A DNA stretch of 59,145 nucleotides, counting the filler, from Squatina squatina (taxonomy: Eukaryota), in the NCBI GenBank assembly GCA_031763465.1. It is 3 parts of 3 records of this genome, joined end to end, with 100 filler letters (N's around TTAATTAATTAA, not from the genome) between each part and the next. Parts side by side here need not be neighbours in the genome. Positions count along the whole stretch, not along the records: positions 1 to 26,090 come from JARFOE010000189.1; 2 more parts are not named here. One strand, given 5' to 3'. Both the position numbers and the translations under genes were made by a program. The notes below the pieces were generated by a model that worked only from the letters and a program-made list of their open reading frames with translations, was not told where the DNA came from and ran no database searches. How positions within the stretch are numbered: position 1 is the stretch's first letter; every line of letters starts with the position of its first letter. Positions 13,013-25,805 of this stretch are shown one piece after another.

Positions 13013-13507
13013 GGAGGGCCACTAGCTGAGTCAACAGTGCCATGGGGCCTGCCACTTGGCCACCAGGGAGCCAGGTGGGGGGTGGAAAATGCCGCACGCC
13101 AGAGAGCATGCTGGCAAATGTCGGCAGCGGCGCTGGGAGCCGTTTGGACGCCATACACCGAAAGTCGGCCGATGTAAAAAATAAATAAATAACAAGGCAG
13201 CCGGCGGCGTTAGCACCTCCCCTTTAACGGTTGTTGGCAAACGTGTCCAAAGACGCGGGCCTTGCCAGCGAGCCCCAGACCAATTCTGGCCGCAGTTTGC
13301 CAGCGACGCAATAGGGGATCGCTGAGCGGCTCATGTCGTGCGCCTTACCCTGACACTAATGGTGTCCCCAGCGAAGAGGCCTTTGCGCTGACGGGGCACC
13401 ATCGCCAATTCAGGGGGGGAAAATTTCCCCATGCACTGCTTTAGCGCCCGGATAGCGCCACTTTTCTACGCTACCACTGCACTAAAACACACAAATTGGC
13501 CGGCCCA
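12643..13507. mobile_element. GC-rich non-autonomous DNA-transposon-like insertion
   Basis: Abrupt CpG-rich block in AT-rich context; imperfect inverted ends gggaccccaattg … aaattggccggccc. Confidence 0.4.
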
Positions 13508-14011
13508 AGACTTTAAATTATTTTATTTTTGAAGGGGGCATTTCAAAATTCTGAGTTTGAAATTTCAGGGGCCAATTTTCTTACAAGTCTCTCTTCTTAT
13601 TGATAATTGAATCCAACCTGTAAGCTTGATATGTGTTGCTTTTTTATATACAACGTTTTCAAACAAGGTTGATATTTAATTGTCCTCAAATGGAGTAGAC
13701 CGTTGAATTCACTTGTTCAGTGAGTGATGAAAGGTCTCCACCCAGAGCATTTATTTGTTGTTTCTCAGTTGCTGATGGATAGGCTGTGTATTTGCATATA
13801 GAAAGCTTGGGGGGGAAATGTGTGCCAGTTATAAGCAATACAAGCAGAACCATGTGTTGTGAAATAAACAGTTAGCCTGTCGTAAGCCTCCCCTCCGTTG
13901 TATTTTGGTTTTATATATTTGCAAGATTCAGCGTTTGTACAGTGGTGTTGGGAACTTCTGCTTTTTCAGCCACTGTGTTTTCCATTTTCTTCATTTTAGC
14001 TATAAGGAAAG

Positions 14012-14530
14012 ATTGAGAGAATGAGGCTGGGGAAATAGTTATGGGGAACAAGGAAATGGCAGAGGAGTTGAAGAGATATTTTGCATCAGTAGTATGGTAG
14101 AAGATACTACGAACAGCCCATTAATACTAAAAAATGTGGGGGAGGAATTAAATACCACCACCATCACTAGAGAATTAGTATTGGGCAAACTAATGGGGCT
14201 GAAGGCTGATAAGTCCCCTGGACCTGATGCTTTGCATCCTAGGACCCTAAAAGAAGTGGCCACAGAGATAGTGGATGTATTGGTTGTAATCTTTCAAAAA
14301 TCCTTAGATTCTGGAGAAGTATCGAAGGATTGGAAAACTGCCAATGTGATACCCATATTCAAAAAGGAAGGGAGGCAAAAAGTAGGTAACTATAGGCCGG
14401 TTAGCCTAACATCTATCATTGGAAAAACGTTAAGAGTCAATTATTAAGGAAGTAATAGCAGAATATTTGCAAAGTCATCATAGCTTCATGAAGGGGAAAT
14501 TATGCCTGACAAATTTATTAGAGTTCTTTG
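14012..14530 (+). mobile_element. CR1/L3 LINE ORF2 fragment, frameshifted
   Basis: KSPGPDALHPRTLKEVATEIVDVLVVIFQKSLDSGEVSKDWKTANVIPIFKK…GNYRPVSLTS and FMKGKLCLTNLLEFF are CR1 ORF2 hallmarks. Confidence 0.92.
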
Positions 14531-15016
14531 NNNNNNNNNNNNNNNNNNNNNNNNNNNNNNNNNNNNNNNNNNNNNNNNNNNNNNNNNNNNNNNNNNNNNN
14601 NNNNNNNNNNNNNNNNNNNNNNNNNNNNNNNNNNNNNNNNNNNNNNNNNNNNNNNNNNNNNNNNNNNNNNNNNNNNNNNNNNNNNNNNNNNNNNNNNNNN
14701 NNNNNNNNNNNNNNNNNNNNNNNNNNNNNNNNNNNNNNNNNNNNNNNNNNNNNNNNNNNNNNNNNNNNNNNNNNNNNNNNNNNNNNNNNNNNNNNNNNNN
14801 NNNNNNNNNNNNNNNNNNNNNNNNNNNNNNNNNNNNNNNNNNNNNNNNNNNNNNNNNNNNNNNNNNNNNNNNNNNNNNNNNNNNNNNNNNNNNNNNNNNN
14901 NNNNNNNNNNNNNNNNNNNNNNNNNNNNNNNNNNNNNNNNNNNNNNNNNNNNNNNNNNNNNNNNNNNNNNNNNNNNNNNNNNNNNNNNNNNNNNNNNNNN
15001 NNNNNNNNNNNNNNNN

Positions 15017-15103
15017 CACTGTGTGTATATATGAGAGACTGTGTCGGTATATATGAGACACCGTGTGTATATATGAGAGACTGTGTGTGTGTATGAGAGA
15101 CTG
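15017..15103. repeat. ~20-bp minisatellite (ctgtgtgtatatatgagaga)
   Basis: About 4 copies at the edge of a gap. Confidence 0.75.
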
Positions 15104-15856
15104 TTGCTGCAATTTTGCCATCTCGGTGGATACATGCCCGGCGACATTGGTAGCGGGTCCCAACCCCTCGCTGGGTGCATCCCGCTGTCTGAACTGATTT
15201 CCCTTGTTGGCGCCTGTTAAGCCCGCCCAGCAATTTTCCCGGCTTATTAAAGGAAGTGGCTCTGATGTGGAGGCAGCAGTGGCGTAGGCGCAATAAGCTT
15301 CATGATCTCCTGTACCAACATTTCTGTGAATAACATTTTTATTGTTCTCAAAACAGTTCAAATGTTTTAAATCTTTGCATCACAATGAAAAGAAATGTTC
15401 TTATTTACATTTTGTGTTTAAATATATTCATGGTGACTCGCCGAATTGTCAGATGATATGACGTTCGATTGGCAGGGCGAGGTGGGGTGAATGTAATTTC
15501 CTGTCCTCTGCAGCATTTTTTTTAATGCTAAATGAGATTTAATCATTTTTAAAGGAATTGAATAATAACTGATGGCTTTGAAGGCTCGGTAAACTTAGTA
15601 CAAAATCTGGAGAGTTCATAGACTAACAATTCAAGGGCCCGGTGTCCTCAGTCAAGATAATTTTGGCTAAATTGCTGTGCACTTAGTGAATCTGTTGGAG
15701 TTATGCATTGTGTCGTGCATATACTGTTTTTAGCTAAAGTTCTGTGGTCAATTGCTGCCCGTTCGGCTTGCAGTGGATGAAGAATAACTGTGTTTTTGTC
15801 ATTGTTCCATAGGCTCAACAGGAGAGAGGGAAAGTTGAGGATGCGGGGGCAACACG

Positions 15857-16643
15857 ATGGATCTCTCCTTTACATTCATGAAAGGTATCATGGGAAACAC
15901 GATTCAACTGCCACAACAACTTATTGATTCAGCCAATATGAGGCAGGTTCCTGACGTTCTGAATGCCAGCAGTGGCATTGGGGAAGACCGAGGGCAATCC
16001 TACGAGGCTTCCCTGCAGCAAGGGTTTATCTATCCTGCTTCTGGTGCTGATACTGTGCCACCAGTCACCAATGGCTACTCGAGCGTTAACATGTATGAAT
16101 CGCCAAACAAATACCCAGCATACTCCCAACTCCCCAATGGATCTGCCAATGGTTATGGAGCGTATAGGAATTTTGGTTCCACTGACTGTTACACAGGGGA
16201 AAACTACTTGGTGAAACAGCCCGAAATTCAGGAGAAAGCGCCCACCCCACCCGTTCCCGAACCAGTCACCCCAAAGAAGACGGGCTCTCCGGAGATTAAG
16301 CTGCGTATCACGAAAACGTACCACAATGGGANNNNNNNNNNNNNNNNNNNNNNNNNNNNNNNNNNNNNNNNNNNNNNNNNNNNNNNNNNNNNNNNNNNNN
16401 NNNNNNNNNNNNNNNNNNNNNNNNNNNNNNNATGGGAAGGCACTATTTGAGTCCTCACTGTGTGGGGATCTCCTGAACGAACAGCAAGCTCAGGCTGCTG
16501 AGTCCACTGCGGCTCGCAAACAAAAAAGGGAGAAAAAGAAAAGGAGTAAGCATAATTCTACCAATGCCGAGAGCCACGAACATAAAGTTGTTAAGGTGGA
16601 GCCCGAGGAATGCAAGATGAATTGTGGAAACTCTGTGATACAG
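15857..16643 (+). CDS. NSD3: NSD3 (WHSC1L1) first coding exon, interrupted by a spurious 100-N gap
   Basis: MDLSFTFMKGIMGNTIQLPQQLIDSANMRQ…PKKTGSPEIKLRITKTYHNG/KALFESSLCGDLLNE matches the human NSD3 N-terminus; acceptor at 15811-15812, donor CAG|GTAC at 16644. Confidence 0.95.
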
Positions 16644-16814
16644 GTACAGCTTCACATTGGTTAGGTATTCTGAGAATGAGTAATGTAATTTTTTAATTTC
16701 TCTTAACCAGTGCTCAGTCTCATAAACATTCAAAAGATTCTGTATACCAACCAAGTGAAATGCCTTTTCTTTATTGGCAGTGCTGTTGCCAGGTTGTATT
16801 TATTTAAAAAAAAA

Positions 16815-17916
16815 TTCTTGCTGTCCATTTGGACCTCTCAGCATCCTTTAGCACAATTGGCCTAACCATCCTATGCATCTCCTCCATTCCTCCATTGTCC
16901 AGAATGGAACTGCCTTCACCTGGTTCCACTCTTACCTATCCATTCATAGACAGAGAATCTCCTTTAATGGCTTCTCTTCTCGGCCCGGCGCCGTTATCTC
17001 TGGAGTCCCTCGTGGATCTATCCTTCACCCCTTCCTATTTCTCATCTACGTGCTGCCCCTCAGCGGCCTCATTCGAAGCTATGACGTCAGGTTCCACTTA
17101 TATGCTGACGAGACTCTTCGCCACCATCCCTCCGCTGCGCCTCTCTTGTCAGACTGCTTGATCGACATCCAGTCCTGGTTGAACTGTAATTTCCACCAAT
17201 TAAACACTTGCAAGGTTGAAGCCATTGTCGTGAGTCCCCATTCCCTCACTGATTCTATCCACCTCCCTGTCTCAAGGTGAACCAGACTATTTGCAACCTT
17301 GGTGTCCTATCTGACCCTGAGCTGAGCTTCCAAACCCATATCCTCTCCCTCACAAAGACAGCCTACTTCCACCTCCATAACATCACCCGTCTCCACTCTT
17401 GCATCAGCTTATCTGCTGCTGAAACCCTCATTCAAGCTTTTGACACCTGCAATCTTGACTACTCCAATGTTTTCTTGACTGGTCTCCCACCTTGCACCCT
17501 CCATCAACTTCAGCGCATCCAAAACTCTGCTGCCCATATTCTAACCTGCACCATGTCTCGCTTGCCCATCACCTCTGTGCTTGCTGACCTACATTGGCTC
17601 CCAGTCCAGCAACACCTCGGTTTTTAAAAATTCTCATCCTTGTGAGAAATCTCTCCACGGCCTTGCCCCTCCTTATCTGTGTAACCTCCTCCAGCCCACA
17701 ATACTTGGAGAACTCTGCATCTCCAACTCTGGGCTCTTCGGCATCCTCCCCACTCCCTTCGCCCTACCAGTGGTGGCCGTGCCTTCAGCTCTCTAGACTC
17801 TAAGCTCAAGATATTCCTCTAAACCTCTCTGTCTCTCCACCTTTCTCTCGACCTTTAAGATGCTCCTTAAAACTTATCTTTTTGACCAAACCTGTCCTAA
17901 TATCTCCTTTTTTTGG
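16815..17916 (+). mobile_element. L2 LINE ORF2 (RT and C-terminus), decayed
   Basis: DLSASFSTI, SGVPRGSILHPFLFLIYVLPL, YAD, NLGVLSDPELSF, LQRIQNSAA, LADLHWLPV motifs with frameshifts; L2 3' end. Confidence 0.92.
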
Positions 17917-18016
17917 NNNNNNNNNNNNNNNNNNNNNNNNNNNNNNNNNNNNNNNNNNNNNNNNNNNNNNNNNNNNNNNNNNNNNNNNNNNNNNNNNNNN
18001 NNNNNNNNNNNNNNNN

Positions 18017-18300
18017 ATAGAAGACTCCATGGTGCTACATCACAAAGAGCTGGGGAATTGTCCCAGTGTCGTGGCCAAAATGTTATCCCTCAAACCAGGA
18101 TAATTTTTTGTTAAAAAAGGAGAGAGAATATCTGGTCATTTATCTCATTGCTGTGTTTGCAACCTTGCGATTGCAAATTGGATGCTATGTTTGCCGAGGT
18201 TACAGCAGTAACTACACTTCAAAAGTGCTTGATTGACTGAAACATTATAGAATGTCCTGAAGATGTGAAAGTTGCTGTATTCATGCAAGTAGGGATGAGA
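18017..18300 (+). mobile_element. DeuSINE/SacSINE1-like SINE (core and tail)
   Basis: ccatggtgctac…aaagagctggggaattgtcccagtgtcgtggccaaaatgttatccctcaa…cagtaactacacttcaaaagtgc. Confidence 0.65.
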
Positions 18301-18403
18301 ACCAATGATTTTCCAAGCCCACACTGGTTTCTTCTTTTCACTTTCAGTACAGCAATGAACATAATGTATTGTCATTGATCATTTTTCAATTTTTTACTTG
18401 TAG

Positions 18404-18940
18404 ATTCTGAAGCCCATAGCACAAAGAATTCGTCCTCAGTGGGATGTTGGCATAACTCAAGTGGAAGATGCATTGAGATTGACTCTGGAGGACAGGATAG
18501 CACAGTATACCTTCATTTATGTGGACGAAAAGCCTGACGTATCAGCAGATACGACTCCAACATCGTTGAATCTCGAGGGGAAGAGAAATAGGCGGCTGGA
18601 CACATTGTCCAGTTCTCCACGAGACCAGACAGTGGTGCAGCAGACGGCTCTCGCGGCCCCCGCTGCTCGTGACGCAGGTCAGCGCGCACACGAACGGCAA
18701 GCAGATACCCAAGAGCCTCCCCCTAAAATGACTTGGCGAACAGCCGCAGCTAGAAAATCACTGCCGCCTTCCCTTGCAAACCTCAAAGGGAACCAGGCTG
18801 AGAAACGAAATGGTGGCTGCTCTGACTGTGAGGTGTTGCCAGTAAGAAAAAATGATCAGGTACTTGAAATCCAGGAGAAAGACGCCAATGGGAAATTGCC
18901 TAATAAGCATTTAATTGTCTCTAAGAAGGAAATCACAAGG
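18404..18940 (+). CDS. NSD3: NSD3 exon following PWWP1 (ILKPIAQRIRPQWDVGI…RIAQYTFIY…WRTAAARKSLP…)
   Basis: Matches human IRKPRPQRERAQWDIGI…ERIEQYTFIY…WKTAAARKSLP; 537 bp, phase 0-0, canonical splice sites. Confidence 0.93.
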
Positions 18941-20439
18941 GTAATTATTAAATGATTTTAAAGGGGTACAAAAAGGAAGCATGTGCCATTTGATTGTTTT
19001 GTTCCTTGCTCTACATATTAGCAGACTGTTGATGATTGGTGAACCGTTGTGTGCATGTTGGGCATAAAATCTGCCTAATCCCTGTCAGATTTCATGAAAT
19101 ACTTTAAAGTGGGTAAAGTAGTTAGGTTCTTTTAATTTGTTTGAAGTCCCAATAGCAGCCCACCAGTCACTCTATGTTTGCAAACCCATGGCATCCCATC
19201 GAGAAGCTACTCACTGCACAGCCGCCCCTCACCTGAATTTCATTTTACATTTCCTTGGACCACCTGAGTTTGAGGAAAATGCCTTGACGCTGACGGCCGC
19301 AGTGGGGAAGGAAAATAAAAATAAGAGAGAGTCGGGAATCCCACTTCTGATTGCTCTCGCGTGATTACTGTCCTGTGACGCCTGCCAGAAAATAACTGTA
19401 GGTGTGTGTGCAAGAGAGAGCACGAACAGTGGCTCAGCTCTGCTCTTTTGGAGTCCGGTGGCCTGCTGCAACCGTCTGGGCTTGCATTTAAAGGATTGGC
19501 TACTTGGTGTGAGTTACCAGAGTACAATCAGTACCTGTTCAGCCATGCCCAGCATGCGCCAGCACCTGCAGAAGGTGGGGGCAACTGAGATGGGAAAAAA
19601 AAGATGGAATCTTTCCCTGTATCTGTCTGTTCCTGAGCCTAGAAATTGATGCCTGCCATCTCCTATGTCTATCTGATTGCTGTTGGAGGGCAGGGATCTG
19701 ATGAGCCGTGGTATTGGAAAATCATTTTCTGTACTTTATGAACATCCCTGGTTTAAGTTTCTAAGATCACGTGTGCTGCAACCAGTCAGTATCTGCATAA
19801 TATACACTAACGTAAGACAGAATTGCAGAAATTCTTGCAGGAAGTGCAAATCTCTTCATTGATTAATTGCTTCTTTTAAATTATAATACTCTGTACTTGC
19901 ATACAAATGCTTTATTGGTGGCTGAGTGCCAAATCTTGACGCTATGGCTGGGCACAGCATTATGCTGTGCACCCACCTAGTCCTGGAGCTGCTGATTGTA
20001 TGTTTATGTATCTGTGTTTATCGTGTATACTTGTGTCATGGTTGTCCAGAGTGATGGGATGTTTGCATAAAAATGTCGTATTTTGCTGGTGAATGGAATT
20101 TGTTGTTTTGCAGTGTTCTGTGGGGTGCACACGTGTCTATTTTGGTTTAAATGTTCCACGGANNNNNNNNNNNNNNNNNNNNNNNNNNNNNNNNNNNNNN
20201 NNNNNNNNNNNNNNNNNNNNNNNNNNNNNNNNNNNNNNNNNNNNNNNNNNNNNNNNNNNNNNNNNNNNNNNNNNNNNNNNNNNNNNNNNNNNNNNNNNNN
20301 NNNNNNNNNNNNNNNNNNNNNNNNNNNNNNNNNATTTTCCTTTGCATTGACTTCAAAAGGCTATAGAAAAGGAAAAACGGGCAGAGTGTATAAAGGGTGG
20401 ACGATCTGTTACTGCAATTTTAAGGTAGACAGAAGTTAA

Positions 20440-21030
20440 AAGTTCCACCCTATTATCCGTATTAAATTTCATCTGTGATACTTCTTCCCACCTGCAAATA
20501 TTGTCTAGGTCCTCGGCTGCTTCATTAAACTTGAATGACCCCAAGTTTAGCATCATCTGAAAATCTGAATCATTTTCATAGCTTTTTTGAATGTTAGTCA
20601 CTTTTATATAGATTAGTGACCTCTGGGGCACTTCACTCAGTATGTCTTCCAGCCTGACACTACTCCCCTAATTAGGACGCACTGCTTTCTGACTTTCAGC
20701 CAGTTCCTTATCCATTCCAAAATTTATTTAGGATACCCACTGCCTTGTGCTAATACAGCAATATTTTATGTGGAACTTTATCAAAGTCTGTCCAGGAGCC
20801 AAGATACATTACATCATAGATCTTCCTAATATCCATTTGGGAAATCACTTCCTCAAAAATGTAAAACAAGTTCATCAAGCAGAACCTCCCCCTCCTGAAA
20901 CAGTGCTGGCTATCATTTACTAAGTTATTTTCATAGTCATGTTTCTTCCGGATGATTAGTTCTATTATTTCATGAGTTATTGATATAAGACTAATGGGGC
21001 TATAGTTACCGGGGTTTGTTTGCTGGTTGC
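20440..21030 (-). mobile_element. Old CR1 LINE ORF2 fragment
   Basis: Minus-strand remnants resembling KPGNYSPISLIS, FDKVPHK and WQMKFN-type motifs. Confidence 0.6.
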
Positions 21031-21240
21031 TGATGTCATTGTACCATGGCAGTGCTGCCCTTTAATGACCATCATTTGGAAAAGGACTACTGTTTATCTG
21101 GAACAAATAATTGACTGGGTTAAAAAAAAAAATTGTCTCCCTCTCGTGACTTCCCTTTGGGTTTGGGCTGCCTCAAAAAGGTAAAGCTGAAGGTTGATGG
21201 TCTTGGCTTTGTGTGGGTAATAAAATCATTTTATTCCTAG

Positions 21241-21379
21241 AAGGGAACGAGTATTAAGGCAGAGCCGTCGCCAAGAGAAGTTGACACAGTTCTAATCACA
21301 CCGTTAAGCCTGCGGAGTGAGAAACGGGAAGCGGAGGTGCAGCCCTCTGCACACGGAGAGGCACATCCACTTTCATCAG
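21241..21379 (+). CDS. NSD3: NSD3 exon (KGTSIKAEPSPREVDTVLITPLSLRSEKREAEVQPSAHGEAHPLSS-G)
   Basis: Polypyrimidine-TAG acceptor, CAG|GTAAAT donor, phase 0-1; weak similarity to human GIGNKTEISVRGQDRLIISTPNQRNEK. Confidence 0.72.
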
Positions 21380-21809
21380 GTAAATGCTCATCTTTGTCCC
21401 CATTACTTAAACGTTTTGTATTTTCTCCACTCGCTATTCCTCCGGACTGCAGGCAGGTACTTGACTTCCTCTCTGGTCTCCTGTACTGTCTCTGGAAGTT
21501 GGCTGCAGAGTAGTACATAAAGGATGACTCGTGAGTCAAGTTCCTGCCAAATGTATGTATGCATGCGAGCTGTGTGTTCTTTTATTCAGAGGAGGGCATG
21601 GAACCACCCCAAGCGTGTCCCCATGTTGTTGGCAAGCTTGCTACACTTGGAGGTGTGAGTATAAAGCCATATTGGAACATGANNNNNNNNNNNNNNNNNN
21701 NNNNNNNNNNNNNNNNNNNNNNNNNNNNNNNNNNNNNNNNNNNNNNNNNNNNNNNNNNNNNNNNNNNNNNNNNNNNNNNNNNCTAATGGCCTACTCCTGC
21801 ACCTATTTT

Positions 21810-22800
21810 CTATGTTCTATGAAATATGTCCCAAAGTCTGTCACAGAGAGGCCGAGCCAAAGAAGGTGATATTAGGCGGAGTGACCAAAGGCTTGGTCAA
21901 AGAGTTGGGTATTAAGGAAGGTCATGAAGGAAGAGAGGGAGGTGGAGAAGCAGAAGGGTTAAGCAAGGGAATTACAGTGGGCAAGGCCGAGGGACCTGAA
22001 AGCATGGTAACCAACATTGGGGTGAAGTGAGAGATGCACAGAGGCCAGAGTTGGTAGAACAGATAGTTATGGGGATAGTTTTATCTCCTGCTCCCTTGAC
22101 TTATTTCCATTAACTGCTGACCGCCCAACTTCCCTTCCTGACCCCTCTGCCACCGGCTAGCTGACTGAGTAAATGGTTCTCTCTCCTCAGACTGCCCCCT
22201 CCCTTTCCAAGCTGCCATTATTCCCCACCCCTCCTGAAAAACCCATCTAGTCCCTGCTAACTACCACCCTTATCCAACCTTCCTTACCTTTCCAAAATCC
22301 TTTAATGCCTCTTTAATCCATGCCCATCTAATCCTGGAGTAGTGCATAGTTTTGACAGAGGGGAGTGAAGTCTGAGACTTGATGTGATCAAGGCAGATCT
22401 GGCGATGGATGGCTAAACCAGTTGTGTACCAGCCACACTCAAGTCTGCGTCCCTTAGACTTGAGGGAGTGAAAATGGGGGGGCTGTACCAGGGGTGGTGT
22501 CCAAGATGGGAGACCATAATGGTTTTGCTCAGGAGAAGGGTAGAAAATATGAAGGTGAGGTAATGGTTGAGCAAATCAACAGCAGCAAACGATGTGGCCA
22601 ATGCAGGGCCAAAGGCTAGGCAATTGGGAGCTGTAAGTGACTTGGATGAGAATTTTACCCAGGGATAGAAGCAGAAGGGATTGGGATTGGAAGTGGGTAT
22701 GTGGGTGGGGAGGGACACATGGAAGTAGTCGGAGATGGCCTTGGCAAACATAGGTGTAGAGAGGGCAAAGGAGATGGCAAGGTCAAGATAAGTGGATCGT
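21810..22800. mobile_element. Cluster of L2-type LINE fragments in both orientations
   Basis: L2 3' end on the minus strand (gatattagg…gaccaaaggcttggtcaaagag); NYHP..NLP.LSK-like remnant on plus; PWY-containing remnant on minus. Confidence 0.6.
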
Positions 22801-23118
22801 GGTGAAGTACTTTTGCTTGTGAAGATTCAACCAATCAGAACAGTACAACTGACCTGTTGTGATGGACACATTCAAAGCATGCTGCCCACTTTTCCCAAGA
22901 TTTTTATACACCGGATGCTTCTTTTCTGCTGTTTTGGGTCAGTGACAGACAATGATAGTTCTGGAAAGACTGCATATTTCTGAAGCCGCTCCTGTTTGTA
23001 AATGCATTTGTTCATGAGATTGTTGATCAGAAGTCAGTGTGCCATACGGTTGGCCATGTGTGACGTGGTGATGACCCGTGCTTCTTCGCAGTTGTCCTTA
23101 CCCTGATGTTTGTTTCAG

Positions 23119-23250
23119 GTGGTGGCCAGCGGAGATTTGTAACCCCAAATCCGTGCCACTTAACATTCAAGCAATGAAGCACCATATAGGAGAATTCCCT
23201 GTGCGTTTCTTCGGATCGAATGATTACTATTGGGTGCATCAGGGCAGAGT
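23119..23250 (+). CDS. NSD3: NSD3 PWWP2 exon, truncated by a gap
   Basis: (R)[44 protein letters not shown]; TTTCAG acceptor. Confidence 0.95.
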
Positions 23251-23881
23251 NNNNNNNNNNNNNNNNNNNNNNNNNNNNNNNNNNNNNNNNNNNNNNNNNN
23301 NNNNNNNNNNNNNNNNNNNNNNNNNNNNNNNNNNNNNNNNNNNNNNNNNNNNNNNNNNNNNNNNNNNNNNNNNNNNNNNNNNNNNNNNNNNNNNNNNNNN
23401 NNNNNNNNNNNNNNNNNNNNNNNNNNNNNNNNNNNNNNNNNNNNNNNNNNNNNNNNNNNNNNNNNNNNNNNNNNNNNNNNNNNNNNNNNNNNNNNNNNNN
23501 NNNNNNNNNNNNNNNNNNNNNNNNNNNNNNNNNNNNNNNNNNNNNNNNNNNNNNNNNNNNNNNNNNNNNTTGCCTAAAGACTGCTGTTGAAATCTGTTTG
23601 GATTGAGGAGGAGGAGTTGAAGTGAATGATCGTTCAGTACTCCGAATCTTAACTTGGGTTTCCTCGCTGAGAGTTCGGATGCTGTCGCTCGGTAGTTATT
23701 GAATTCCTGGGAACTGAATCATTACTGGAGTTAGCTAGCTCTGTGTCAGTAAGAACAGTAGACTGTTGGCCAGTAGCTCCCGTAGCAGTAATCCCTTAAG
23801 TTCTACCTATGGTGGCTATTGTATAGAAAGGAGAGGGGAAACTGGCCCCAAATAAAAAATGTTGCTTTCTGCCACTCCTAG

Positions 23882-23994
23882 CACTGGAAGAAGCTGCTAA
23901 ACGATTCCAGGAGCTAAAAGCACTGAAAGAGAGCAAGGAAGCACTAGAAAATGAACGCAACGAGAGAAAGCCACCAGCTTATAGATTCATTAAA
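23882..23994 (+). CDS. NSD3: NSD3 exon (ALEEAAKRFQELKALKESKEALENERNERKPPAYRFIK)
   Basis: Matches human ALEEAAKRFQELKAQRESKEALEIEKNSRKPPPYKHIK; TAG acceptor and GTAAGT donor. Confidence 0.93.
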
Positions 23995-24929
23995 GTAAGT
24001 CCTGTCAAACAATGAAAAGTAAAACTGACCAACAACACTTGAGATTGTTTACATGATTTTTCTGAATAAACTAATTCTTTTAAATCTCACAATTTTTTTT
24101 TTAAATATCATTTTTCACTTTTTTTTCCAATTACTGGTGGCGGCCCAGTTTGGATGAATGTAGAAATGATACAGGAACTGCCTCCAGCACTTTGCCGTAA
24201 CTTTTAATATTAGAATAAATTACATTTGACACTCCTGATTTGACAGCATTTTCTGATGAAAGGTCCATTGACTGGGAAGATCATTTTCAGATCTGAATTT
24301 GCTCACTGAAAATAAATAGGCATTTATTTTGACGTCTCTCAGTGGCGTGCCATTTTTGTTTCGCCCCTCTCCTGTGTGTGCCAGCTCACACTTGGGGTAC
24401 AGTTCCTCAGGGTACTGACGGCCCCAGGACTCCACCTGATTGGCCAATCTTCAGATGTGGGCCCAGCCAATAGCCTAGAAATGAATGTTGGTGATACTGG
24501 GGGAAGAACGCGTCAAGCGTTCAGTTGGCAGCCCCCTCTCTGCTATTTTTTTATGGCGATGTTCCTGTTTAGCATAAATGGTTAATGCTTCCATTACAGT
24601 AGCAGACTGGACAATGTCATGCATGAAGTGTTTGTCCACTAACATTGCTGACATGTCTATATAATCCAGCAGGTCTTCTGAGTCCTGATGAGGCGGCGGG
24701 GCAATTGCAACCCATCTGGATGCTGCCACAGATACTTTTCAGCTCTCGGCAGTGATAAGGCGCAGGGACCTTGGCTCGTTATTTCCCCCCCCCCTCCCAG
24801 CCGAGCCCAGGAAAGCTAAATCNNNNNNNNNNNNNNNNNNNNNNNNNNNNNNNNNNNNNNNNNNNNNNNNNNNNNNNNNNNNNNNNNNNNNNNNNNNNNN
24901 NNNNNNNNNNNNNNNNNNNNNNATCTGCA

Positions 24930-25040
24930 TCCTCACACTCACGTACTTTCACTCACACACACACACGCACACAAAATGCCCACATATATACATATATATA
25001 TATACAAACACACATATGTAACCAAACACACACACTGTAT
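24930..25040. repeat. (CA)n/(TA)n low-complexity tract
   Basis: Direct reading. Confidence 0.85.
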
Positions 25041-25805
25041 TAATAGGTACGGGAGATGTTACTGATCAAAAGTTCCCACCTCAACAACTTACCTGCTGTT
25101 GTAAAAGTAGCTTAACTCTTGTGAAGCTTTGCATAGAAGACTGGCCATCAGACAACCAGCAGTGCTGTGCAGAGGTGTGCCAGATGCAAAGACAAGAAAC
25201 ATCTACCAACATCTGCCTCTTGATGAGTTTCAAGATTAACATCCGAGGGTTAAAACTGAGAGCATCAACAAGAGACTGACAGACATGTTCCACACAGAAA
25301 GTTATTTCACTTTCTGATCCTCCATCATTCTCTCCACCTACGTGACTAAGCTCCAGTTCATGGTAATCCCAGCATTGAATGGCAATGGCAAAAGGGAGCC
25401 TGCAGCAGCTAACAGTTAGACGACTTGGACTAGGGGTAACTAGCTACGAAATGTTGGCAGATGCCTTTGTGGAAAGAGGGCACAAAGCACAGCTACAAAA
25501 GCCTGCAGGTAGCCGCACGTTTGTTCCTTGTGGGTGGGTGAGTGCGAAAAAGTGATGAGAAACCAAAGGGGTATTATCCTGAAAATCATGGGAGCGCTCC
25601 CAGCGAGCAGGTCTCCACTCCGGGAACACCTGTTGATACGATTTACCCTTAAATGTGTAATTGGAGCACTCAATGGTTGTATTCTATTCAGTTAGAAGTG
25701 AAATTCACTTGTACAAGTTGTTCAAGTGCAAGCAACCGTGGCGAAATGGTGACGCATCTGCACAAATAAAATACGGCTCTTCGGCTTGTCTTCTTTCCAC
25801 ACCAG

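Noticed and set aside
14467-15361. Long ORFs in the ORF track spanning N runs (also 23078-23606)
   Set aside because: Their length comes from untranslatable Ns
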